NCBI GenBank assembly: GCA_009859145.1 | Contig: VRVR01000002.1 | Span: forward strand, 380,724-444,723 | DNA length: 64,000 bases | Source of the DNA: Andalucia godoyi And28 | Taxonomy: Eukaryota > Protista > Jakobida | Direction: 5' to 3' | In this document: in pieces, positions 9,543-18,510 of the stretch | Position numbering within the stretch: position 1 is the first letter of the stretch | Layout of the letters: the number at the start of each line of letters is the position of its first letter | The notes under the pieces: model-generated | Told to the model about the DNA's origin: nothing | The model's input: only the letters and a program-made list of their open reading frames with translations | The model's database searches: none | Program-made: the position numbers and the translations under genes

Positions 9543-10559
9543 ATGTGTCGTTGTGATCCTAGCTCGAAGGACGGGTACTCGAGTCTTGATTGGGCATCCG
9601 AGTACTTTGGAGAGTGTGTGTACACGCCGGCGCAGCGAGCGTCTCTGTTTCTTGGATTCTTGTCGATTGTGTGCTGGATATTTGCACAGCTTCCGCAAGT
9701 GTACCAGAACTACAAGTCAAAGAGAGCAGATGGGATCTCTGGTCTTTTTCTGCTTCAATGGCTCATTGGAGACTCGTGTAACCTGATTGGAGCATTTCTG
9801 ACACACCAGCTCCCGACACAGCAATACACTGCAATCTATTTTGTCTCGATGGATTTCGTTCTGGGTGGGCAATGGCTATGGTATACAGTGATCCACAAGG
9901 GTCAGCATGCTGGCGCTGCAAGAAGAAAGAGCAGCAGCAACAAGGGCGAGCAAGAGCCGCTGATCGTCAATGCCGGTGCAACAGCCGTTCCGCCGAAGCA
10001 GCCGTCGGCATCCAGTGGAAAAAGCAAACAGGTGTATGCGTTTGCATTTGCATCCTTGTTTGTCATTTCAAGGTTGCTGGTGGTCCAGAATTCTTACCAA
10101 GGTCTCCATTCTGGCAGTGGCGGTGGTGATCGCGGTGCAACGACAGGGCGATCTCTGCTGGACTCGGATGTGTGCTCGGACACGTCGGGATGGGACACGG
10201 AGTCCATCATTGGATATGCGATCGGGATTGTGTCTGCGATTTTCTATCTCGGATCTCGAGTCCCGCAGTTGCTGAAGAACTTTAGAAGAAAGTCAACGGA
10301 AGGTCTTTCGTATCTCCTGTTCACCTTTGCGGTGCTCGGAAACACAACGTACGGACTCTCGATTTTCATGTATTCGACAGAATCCGAGTTTCTCATTGAG
10401 CACATCCCATGGATTTGTGGTTCTGTGGGTGTCCTTTTCCTCGACTTTGCAGCGCTTTGGCAGTTCCAAGCATTCCGTCGCAACAAGAAAGGTCTCATTT
10501 ATCCTCAGATGAAGCACGAGTCTGCAAACCCACTCTCCGATGAAGACATCGTCGTGTAA
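9543..10559 (+). CDS. PQ-loop lysosomal/vacuolar amino-acid transporter (PQLC2/YPQ1-like), 338 aa
   Basis: Two PQ loops (FAQLPQVYQNYKSKRADGIS, GSRVPQLLKNFRRKSTEGLS) and multiple TM helices. ATG at 9543; the upstream DLDLDL is a TTGGAC microsatellite. Confidence 0.92.
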   Translation: MCRCDPSSKDGYSSLDWASEYFGECVYTPAQRASLFLGFLSIVCWIFAQLPQVYQNYKSKRADGISGLFLLQWLIGDSCNLIGAFLTHQLPTQQYTAIYFVSMDFVLGGQWLWYTVIHKGQHAGAARRKSSSNKGEQEPLIVNAGATAVPPKQPSASSGKSKQVYAFAFASLFVISRLLVVQNSYQGLHSGSGGGDRGATTGRSLLDSDVCSDTSGWDTESIIGYAIGIVSAIFYLGSRVPQLLKNFRRKSTEGLSYLLFTFAVLGNTTYGLSIFMYSTESEFLIEHIPWICGSVGVLFLDFAALWQFQAFRRNKKGLIYPQMKHESANPLSDEDIVV

Positions 10560-10753
10560 CCATGCGAGTTTGGTCTCCCTTCGTCTCCATGAAGGAGACG
10601 CGATATGACGGGAAAACAGCGAAGCAAGGTGGAGGGAGGAGCAATAATTTGAATCTGTTGGGGTAATTGGCTTTCGTTGCGCGTTTATTCTTCCTGTTCG
10701 GCCGCTTTACTCTTTATGTATCGTCTTGTAAAATAAGGCACACAAGAATGGAA

Positions 10754-10786
<33 letters not shown>

Positions 10787-11504
10787 GAAAAGAAGAAAAC
10801 AAACAAGCGAAACCCGACTGGCGTGGTCACAAAGAGAGCGGACGAGCGAGCCAGAGGGGCAACTTCCGGCATGAAAGTGGGGATCCCCCAGCAGAGGCAC
10901 CGAACGTGTTCAATTCGAGGGGTGTGGCAGGCGAGTGGAACTGCGTTCACAGCTGAGGAAAATCGTGGTACGGTGGAAGCAGCAACTGCCGTTCGCTTTC
11001 CGCACCTGGACCTTTCCGATGGACGGACTCGGACAGGCACGTGAACACCACCAGAATCGAACCCCACGGAGCACTTCCACAAGAAAAAGCACTCAAAGCG
11101 TCTCGAAATACAAGAAAACTTCCTATATAAGCCTCTCTACACGCACACACACGCACACATTCGCACTCCCAAATATCCCCCGTTCGCAAAATTATTAGCA
11201 ACCAATCGTGAGAAAACATATCTTCTTCTTTCTTTGATTGTCATCATCTTTCCTACTTTGTGGTTTACTTTCTTTTTCTTTTTCTTTTTCTTCATCTTCA
11301 TAAGCTGTTTATGTTCTTCATTGGTATTTGAAGAGGGTTCCTGTCTCTTTGAACAATCGCAAACTAGACTGGATTCAACCGTTTAATTTAGAGTTTCTTC
11401 TGGCGTTCGTGTTTTCTCGCCCTTTGTTGTTGTTGTTGGTTGTGTTCGTCTTCTTCGTCTTCTTCTCGTTGTTGTTTGTTTGTGGGGCATTTTCTCAGTT
11501 GGCG

Positions 11505-13376
11505 ATGGCTGAATTGGTGGTCGAGTGTAGTCGTTCGTTTAGCGCGCAGGAGTACAACATCCACGATGCTGCTCGGTTGCAAAAGACCGGCTCGATGAAC
11601 ATGTGCCTTACAGTGCGTGTTCAAGACGACTCATCGTTTCGATTCTGCAAGGAGGCTCTGCAGAAGGCTTGTCGATTGGCACAAGCGCAGCATCCTTCGC
11701 TGCGGACATGCATTCGCCCAGAGTCCACAGAGCTGTATGTTGGCTCTCTTGCATCCGTCGAGCCAATCGCGATCCAAACACTCAATGATGTCCCACACCC
11801 GTCCTTTCGAACACACCGTCTTGATTTCAAAAAGTCAGGAAAACCGTCGAATGCGGATCTCGTGAAACTTGCACAGTCTGAACTTGCACGACCGTTCGAA
11901 TACCGACCGTTTGCTGTTCCCGTCCGGTTTTTGTTTGTGTCTGACAAGCTTGTATTGTTCACCATGGACCACCGGCTTGCAGACGGAACCGCTGGAAACA
12001 CAGCATGCAGATGCATTTTCGATTGTTATCAGTCGATTGTTAGACGACCGTCGTTTTCTGCGCTTGTGGACTCCTCGACAGACGGGTTGCATCCGGAGTA
12101 CTCCACATATGAACCGTCGAAGAGCATTCCTCGAGCAGAAGACGTCTCTCCACGCGGCATTTCCGCATACTTTTTGGCGCTTTTGCGAGTGGTTGAAATT
12201 TTGTCGTCGCTCCTGAGCCTTTCGGGACTACCGGAGAGGCTGGCCAGGCGTCCTTCTCGGAAAAAATTGACTTGGGCTGCCGTGCTTGCGTTCATCATCG
12301 CGCTTCCGCATATCATCGTTTCGTTTCTGCGGTCCTGTCACAGCACAATGTATTATCTCATTGCGGATCACTACCGTGAGGGCGAAATCGAAACGGATCT
12401 TGTCCTGTTCCAGTTTTCGGAGAAAGAAACGAGCATGATCCGCAGCATGTGCAAAACGCACAAGATCACAGTCGGTGCTTTTCTGCTGACGGCATTTTCA
12501 AGTGCATTTGCATGCGCGACCGCAAGAAAGGGCGAGAAGAATCGAAAAATGAAACTGTGGTCGCAGTTTGTGGTGGACATGAGAAGGTTTTATGAGCCGG
12601 AAGCGTATTTCCAGAAGAGTTCTGCGGGCCACTTCATCACACAGGGCAATTTTGTCTCTGTGATCGATTGTTTCCTGAAGGCACGCCCTTGTCCATGTTT
12701 GGATCAGACAGACTTTTCGGGACCTCCTCACCTCGCAGTGCAAAAGTGGCGAGTGTGGTTCTGGAATCAGTGCCGCGAAGTGCGCAACGCAATGATGTGG
12801 ACCATCAAAAGTGGTGGCTTGATGAGAAGCATGCTGTTTGTTGAGCATGTTCGGTGGCTTACCAAGAGACTTCAGGCCCTCCCGCAATCCGCATTGGTTG
12901 CGCCAACTTTCTCTCTATCGAATCTCGGAGCATTCGACGGATCGAACGGAAATGGCGCTGTTAGCGGAAACGGAACGTCGGATGCTCTGGCCTCTGCAGC
13001 TAGTCCGGTTCACAGTGTGCGGGACGTTGTGGCGGCTACACTCCCGGCGGAGATTCCGGGCTCTTCGGAATCCACGACCTCCTCGTTCAGTTCGCTGCCA
13101 TCTGATAAGTCATCTGTGCCTGGCTCGCTGTCCGATCTTTCTCAGAGCGATTACTTCCAGCACTTTGACATGTTCTGCGCAACCACGGCCCCCCTTGCCA
13201 TCCCCCACTGCCTCATTACCACAGTCACCGTGAACGGAAAGCTCTCTGGTACTATTGGGTTCGCCAATGGAATCGTGGATCGCAGCCTTGTCGAGGCAGT
13301 CGTCGTTCATCTGAGACACATTGTGCATTGCTGCTTGTACGATGCCCTGCGCTCTGAAAAGAAGATAGTATCGTAG
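11505..13376 (+). CDS. CoA-dependent acyltransferase (condensation-domain/alcohol acetyltransferase-like), 623 aa
   Basis: HxxxDG catalytic motif (DHRLADG), AQAQHPSLRTCI, CKTHKITVGAFL, VDMRRF, SLSNLGAF, TVTVNGKLSGTI; hydrophobic mid-protein insertion. Confidence 0.82.
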   Translation: MAELVVECSRSFSAQEYNIHDAARLQKTGSMNMCLTVRVQDDSSFRFCKEALQKACRLAQAQHPSLRTCIRPESTELYVGSLASVEPIAIQTLNDVPHPSFRTHRLDFKKSGKPSNADLVKLAQSELARPFEYRPFAVPVRFLFVSDKLVLFTMDHRLADGTAGNTACRCIFDCYQSIVRRPSFSALVDSSTDGLHPEYSTYEPSKSIPRAEDVSPRGISAYFLALLRVVEILSSLLSLSGLPERLARRPSRKKLTWAAVLAFIIALPHIIVSFLRSCHSTMYYLIADHYREGEIETDLVLFQFSEKETSMIRSMCKTHKITVGAFLLTAFSSAFACATARKGEKNRKMKLWSQFVVDMRRFYEPEAYFQKSSAGHFITQGNFVSVIDCFLKARPCPCLDQTDFSGPPHLAVQKWRVWFWNQCREVRNAMMWTIKSGGLMRSMLFVEHVRWLTKRLQALPQSALVAPTFSLSNLGAFDGSNGNGAVSGNGTSDALASAASPVHSVRDVVAATLPAEIPGSSESTTSSFSSLPSDKSSVPGSLSDLSQSDYFQHFDMFCATTAPLAIPHCLITTVTVNGKLSGTIGFANGIVDRSLVEAVVVHLRHIVHCCLYDALRSEKKIVS

Positions 13377-13624
13377 ACGGTCACGTGCCCCTCCGTCCCC
13401 TCTCTGTATAGTAGTATATGCACTCCTCTCTCGGAAGCAAAAACCGAACCGCCCCTCTGTTCAATACCCTGATTTATATCGTACAACGAAACCCAAAGGA
13501 GCAGCAACAGTCCCATCATCATATTTTACACGTCAAAAAAAAAAACCACAAAACCATAAAACCACACACACACAGAGGGGGGTGCAACTCCCACATGAAA
13601 CAGCAAACGACAGAATGGGCCTGT

Positions 13625-13957
13625 CTACAGTCCACCATGCCATTCAATGCTCTTCTGCGCTTCGTACACGGTCGAGATTGCCGCTGCGGACGCGACGATT
13701 CCGGCCGGAACAAGCTTCCTTGTTCGGAGCGCGCGAGCTCCCATGACGGCAGTCAGTGCGACGGAGAGTACAGTTGCGAGATCATGTCCCTCCTTTTCCT
13801 TTCCAGACTGAATAAGGTATCCGGCACCTGTGAACAGCGCTCCAAAACCAAGTCCAGCAGCCAGCGAAGGCACGGACTTGGCCTTTGCATAGCCCATAAG
13901 ACCACCTGCAGCTACGAGAAGCGCCATAGAAAAGGGCAGATGTGCTTCACCGGGCAT
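13625..13957 (-). CDS. TMEM14: TMEM14 family small membrane protein, 110 aa
   Basis: LVAAGGLMGYAKAKSVPSLAAGLGFGAL signature; ATG at 13957. Confidence 0.9.
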   Translation of the reverse strand: MPGEAHLPFSMALLVAAGGLMGYAKAKSVPSLAAGLGFGALFTGAGYLIQSGKEKEGHDLATVLSVALTAVMGARALRTRKLVPAGIVASAAAISTVYEAQKSIEWHGGL

Positions 13958-14382
13958 GTTGGATGGATGAAAATTGTAGAAAAATGCAACAACAACCGAC
14001 GCTACAACTAGGACCAATGGATGAATCATACACACCACTGAACCCCAAAAAAGAACAACAACAAGGAAACACAGAGAAGAAGGAAAAGAAATTAACCAAA
14101 AACAAAACTTTTGGTTGCTCAGTTATTATTGGAGAAGAAGTTGAAGCAGCCTCGGTACAGCCGACACGCCTGATCGCTGGCAGAGGCTGGTGAGAAGGAT
14201 GAGAAAGAAGAAAAACAAAACAAAAAAAACCAAGAAACAACACAGTTGGATGAGAGGCCAGCCATGAGAGGAAGCCCGGAATGAAACAACCGGATTCCAA
14301 AAATGGACCATGCGAACGTGCGAGCATTGAAACGCGACGACGAAGTTACCAGGATGTACCCAGCAGTCGACAGTACATTGCG

Positions 14383-16815
14383 CTACTTGTAGGTCATCTG
14401 CGGATCTAACCAAATGCCGTGCACCGCAATGAGCTGTCGAAACTCCCCAATCCCGCTTGAAGTTTTGTACAAGGTCAGAAGAATTTTGAAAGCTGGGAAC
14501 GGTTCGTCAATGTACAGCGTCATGGCCATCGCAGGGTTCGTACGGAACATTTCTACGGGTTGCCACGCCAAAGAGGAAAACGAGCCGCTGGAATCGCGAA
14601 GGCTTCCCAGCAGTCTCGAGTCAGCAGACATGATCCGCCACACACGCAGATACGGATTGGGGGGTAGGGTTTTCACAATGACATGTGCGATGCGAGTACT
14701 GTCGAATCCCCGCTCATCTCCAAAGAACAGGTCATATTTTTGCCGAAGAATCTTGGTGACGTACTGGTCAAATGATTCGCAAGACGAAATCATCTCCATC
14801 AGCGAACGGCCGCTGAATAGGTGACGGACAATCAAAGTGCAGTACGGTGACGACGGCAAATCCTTTAAATTGCCAACGAATTGGAAAGGAACGATTTTCC
14901 CAGGCACATCGCAAACAGATGCCGCCAACGTGTGACCGAGGTAGATGTCAAATACACGCTGCTTTCGTCTTGGAATCGTCGCAACTTCCATGTCCAGAAA
15001 AGCAGAAACTGTATCCTTCACTGCACCTACGATGTTTGTGGAAGAGGAAGCGAGGGAACTCCTCTGCGCCAGCACACGTTCCAGCAGGTCTCTGTTTTCT
15101 TTGGAGGTCAAGCGGTTTAGGAAAACTTCCAGCTCCGGGAACCGCTTGACTAGGGGATCATTTCGGTTTTCCTCTTCCTCAGCGGCCTGGTTCGCTGCCA
15201 CAGGCTTGTGCAGCGTGATGATCCTAGGGGAGGGTCTGGAGGACAACGTGGCACCGCCCAGCGATGACTTTTCCACAAGCGACTTTTTGCGACTGAGTTG
15301 CAGCACCGGCGGATCCTTGTCCACCGACGTGTTTTTGGGTAGCATGGGCCGATCTGACGAATCGCCGCCACTTCCTGCTTCCTCCTTCCTCCTCACACTG
15401 TTGGGAACACTGCCAGTTGTGCTCGACGATCGAAAGAAGGACTTTAAAACCTGGGTCATATGGAGAACGGCCAAGCAGAAGTCTGACATTTCCAACCGAC
15501 GTGTTTCAGGGCAGCAATGTTCAGAAAAGAAACGGGCCCACATATCGCGGCACACAACAAGTCCGAAATCTAGCCCGAACTGCGTCCATCCAGACTGAGC
15601 CATGACCACCTTTGACGACTCTTGCAAATCCGAATACACAAAGAACAACTTGCGAAACCACTGATTGCTGGCCGCGTCCCGCGCACGGCGTTGCCCCAAC
15701 AAAGTGACAAGATTGACTCCGCGAGAAAGACCAAAGTCCTCCGCAGGCACCCACAGGTCTTCTGCCTCGGCCCGCAGTTCAAACTGCACATGGTCATAGT
15801 CAAAGGCTACCGAGTGATCCATGATGCTCTTGTCCTTTGCCATGGAAATTCCAAACAGGCGCTCATAGTTTCGCTCGATACGCTCCCTGAACCACGCCAG
15901 GCGATCCGAGATTTGCGTTGCATCGTATCCAGATTCCCGAATGGACGCGCCGATGCGAACCAAGCCCTCGACGAACTCTTGAAAATCAATCAATCCAACG
16001 TTGTTTTCAGAGCGGTGCAGATTGTTGCATTTCGCAAACACGAGAGCAAGCGCATGTTCAGAATGCCACCATGGCGTGATTCCAAACTGACGGCCAAAGG
16101 CAAGGAAATCTTGCAAACAGACTTTTCGATGAGACGCAATGACTGCATCCGTGTCGATCCATTCAGCGTGCAGCACCGATTTGACGACGTCTGAGAAGTA
16201 AAAGAAAATGCGTTTCAACGGAAGTCGATATTCCATGAAGAATCCAGAACAAGAATACAGCGAAAACCCGGCTTGATCGTCGATTCCAGGCAGAAAAGCA
16301 TTAATTCCCTGCTCGTTTTGCAAGCGATCCATCAGCGAATTCAAGTAGGACTTTCGGAATTTATCCGAGAACGAGAAGCAGCGAGTGGCAGTGTCACGTG
16401 ACTTCAGTTCTGGAATGAAGTGGGCGTCCATTTTCAAAAGCGCCTTTGTAAATTCTGCCAGCGAAAACAACGTGTTCTTCTTCATGCTTGGTGCAGCATC
16501 AGCAGCAGCAGTGGCGGCGGCGGCGGTGGTGGTGGTGGTGGTAGTGGTGAAGAGATGCAAGTGATCGGTTGGATACTGGTCTCCCGAGTACGCAACACAT
16601 GACAATGCAAACATGAACTGATCGCCTGTCATTCGAAGCTGGGATGCAAGCAAGGGTCGTCCTTCACGAATCGTCTGCACCACACTTTGTGAAAGACCAA
16701 TCACAAAAGGCGCCTCTGGAGATGCGTTTGACAATTCAACCGGTGCCAGAATCACGCAAAACGCCTGAAACAGGTACTCAACGCAGTCCATACCCGCAAT
16801 GTCACATTCCGTCAT
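14383..16815 (-). CDS. Hypothetical protein, ~810 aa, with degenerate EF-hand-like segments
   Basis: Long ORF from ATG 16815 (MTECDIAG). The ORF-track extension to 17148 runs through a microsatellite and the mobile element. NNVGLIDFQEFVEGL is EF-hand-like. Confidence 0.7.
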   Translation of the reverse strand: MTECDIAGMDCVEYLFQAFCVILAPVELSNASPEAPFVIGLSQSVVQTIREGRPLLASQLRMTGDQFMFALSCVAYSGDQYPTDHLHLFTTTTTTTTAAAATAAADAAPSMKKNTLFSLAEFTKALLKMDAHFIPELKSRDTATRCFSFSDKFRKSYLNSLMDRLQNEQGINAFLPGIDDQAGFSLYSCSGFFMEYRLPLKRIFFYFSDVVKSVLHAEWIDTDAVIASHRKVCLQDFLAFGRQFGITPWWHSEHALALVFAKCNNLHRSENNVGLIDFQEFVEGLVRIGASIRESGYDATQISDRLAWFRERIERNYERLFGISMAKDKSIMDHSVAFDYDHVQFELRAEAEDLWVPAEDFGLSRGVNLVTLLGQRRARDAASNQWFRKLFFVYSDLQESSKVVMAQSGWTQFGLDFGLVVCRDMWARFFSEHCCPETRRLEMSDFCLAVLHMTQVLKSFFRSSSTTGSVPNSVRRKEEAGSGGDSSDRPMLPKNTSVDKDPPVLQLSRKKSLVEKSSLGGATLSSRPSPRIITLHKPVAANQAAEEEENRNDPLVKRFPELEVFLNRLTSKENRDLLERVLAQRSSLASSSTNIVGAVKDTVSAFLDMEVATIPRRKQRVFDIYLGHTLAASVCDVPGKIVPFQFVGNLKDLPSSPYCTLIVRHLFSGRSLMEMISSCESFDQYVTKILRQKYDLFFGDERGFDSTRIAHVIVKTLPPNPYLRVWRIMSADSRLLGSLRDSSGSFSSLAWQPVEMFRTNPAMAMTLYIDEPFPAFKILLTLYKTSSGIGEFRQLIAVHGIWLDPQMTYK

Positions 16816-16959
16816 CGTTCCTCGTTGCCCATGTAATAATAACATAACAATGACAAAAATCATAATAGCAATAATAAGAATAATAAGAATAATAAGAGGC
16901 TGCAGCTTCTTCTGGAAAATCAAATAAGTCAGTATCGGAATTAGCATCAAGTCTTTTGA

Positions 16960-17321
16960 AGCCTGTGACACAGGCTCCGCATATTCGACACTCTTTAACG
17001 CAACATCCATACCATCTATTCTATCATTCGTTGGCTTCACTTTTTGCAACGTCTGTTCCGTAAGGCGACCGAGTATCGCGAGCGCCATGTTGCCATCGTG
17101 ACGGAGGAGGACACGTCGAAAACGTGCGGGCGCTGCGGCGAGATCCATGCACGTCGAGGCGGAAGCAAAGTGTTTGCATGTCCCGCGTGCAGCTCACAGA
17201 TTGATCGAGATTGGGAACGGAGCGCGGAACATTTATCTGAAGAACGCCGTGAGGCGTGTTGGGGGCCTATCCCCTTCCCGGCAACGGGATGCATATGCAT
17301 GTTCAGTGTATAATGTAGGCG
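16960..17321 (+). mobile_element. Non-autonomous TnpB/Fanzor2-like element, copy 2 (left-truncated; C-terminal Zn-finger/RuvC-III remnant)
   Basis: QRLFRKATEYRERHVAIVTEEDTSKTCGRCGE...GGSKVFACPACSSQIDRDW/NGARNIYLKN; near-identical to copy 3; ends ATGTAGGCG. Confidence 0.9.
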
Positions 17322-17741
17322 TCTGCATTGGCTATTTTCCCTGTGATTTCCCCGTATCGGACAACATCGATCAATTGTCACTCGTTAGACACGAGTAACG
17401 AGTCACAAGCCACGATGGAGAATATCAGTACGTATGCATACTGACAGGTGGAGAAAGAACGAAAGACAGTAAGAAAGAAGAAGATCATGAACAAGGGATA
17501 ATAGAGGCTTCTTTTGGTGCATGATCTTCCCCAATCTCTCTGCCAAGACATGCAGACAAAGAAAAAGCAAGACGTTTTCTTTTTCAGAAAATAGAACAGA
17601 AGAAGGAGTCAGAAGAAGTAAGAAGAATTAAATATGGCGATGAAGATAACAAGAATAATAGGAATACACCAATCAAGCACGATGCAATACACAAGAGCGA
17701 CGATCCAGAGCGGGTAAACACCGGTGCTGGAGGTGGCTACG

Positions 17742-17948
17742 TTATGATGGCTGCTGGCCAGACTGCTCCCATCTGGAACCAGTTGCACTTTGTGTGTAAC
17801 CGTTTCGTTTCATGCATTCCGTCAATGCATCCAGTCGTGATTTGCACACCGTAAACAACTGGTTGTCGTTTTCCTTAAGGCACGTCTGAAGTCGTGCCGA
17901 TTCATCTGGACAGTGCTTGCAAGTCAGGCAGCTTTTCTGGTTACCCAT
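17742..17948 (-). CDS. Small twin CX9C (CHCH) protein, probably mitochondrial intermembrane space, 68 aa
   Basis: CPDESARLQTC and CKSRLDALTEC are two exact C-x9-C motifs; starts MGNQKS. Confidence 0.75.
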   Translation of the reverse strand: MGNQKSCLTCKHCPDESARLQTCLKENDNQLFTVCKSRLDALTECMKRNGYTQSATGSRWEQSGQQPS

Positions 17949-18510
17949 TCTTTTTCCTGTTCCTCTCCCTGTCACTGTTGGTGTTTCTGTTGTTCGCAGT
18001 CTACGCTTTCAACAGCCCCTCTTATTCTTGTGTGTTTGGCAGAATGAAAAAAAAAAAGAAAAAAAAAAGAATTAAAAAACCAAATACTCGGCGGCGTATT
18101 CACCAGCGTCCGTGTGCCTTCAGAAAAAACTGCCGGTTGAGAGCTCGCGATAGGACATGTGAGCAGAAAGCACGCCCTTTCTGTTTCCCGGGATTGGGAG
18201 GTTCCCTGGACGCACCTTGAACACTCCTGGGCCGCCAATACCAGCCGAACGAAATCCGACCATTCGCAAGCAGTTAGAAGTTTTCCTGATCCACCTCGCA
18301 CGAGCGCGGTTTTCTTATCATCCACCTCGCATCGCCCGTAGCATGGCCCCACACTATACTTACTCATGTAAGATGTCGGATCCCCATAGTTTTGTTCATC
18401 TGCAGCGTTCGTCACGGAAAGGAGTTGTTCAACGACGTTGTTTTATTTTATTTTATTTTCCTTTTGCGGCTGTTGTGGTTGTTGCTGGTGTGGCCTGCTG
18501 GAAGAGAAGA

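Noticed and set aside
10812-11063. Specific call as RNase P, RNase MRP or SRP RNA
   Set aside because: The CR-V A-rich motif and the SRP helix-8 CAGG/AGCA loop are absent or mis-spaced, so no specific identity is claimed.
11040-11075. tRNA gene around GGTTCGATTC
   Set aside because: No 5-bp T-stem, acceptor stem or A-box can be built; kept only as a possible B-box.
16816-17148. N-terminal extension of the 921-aa ORF, and similar extensions at 11328, 38447, 45035, 45201 and 63834
   Set aside because: They run through microsatellites or the mobile element from non-ATG starts; downstream ATGs are more plausible.
18356-18363. U1 snRNA 5' end (ATACTTAC)
   Set aside because: It continues TCATG rather than CTGG and has no U1 stem-loops or Sm site; better read as a minus-strand GTAAGTAT donor.
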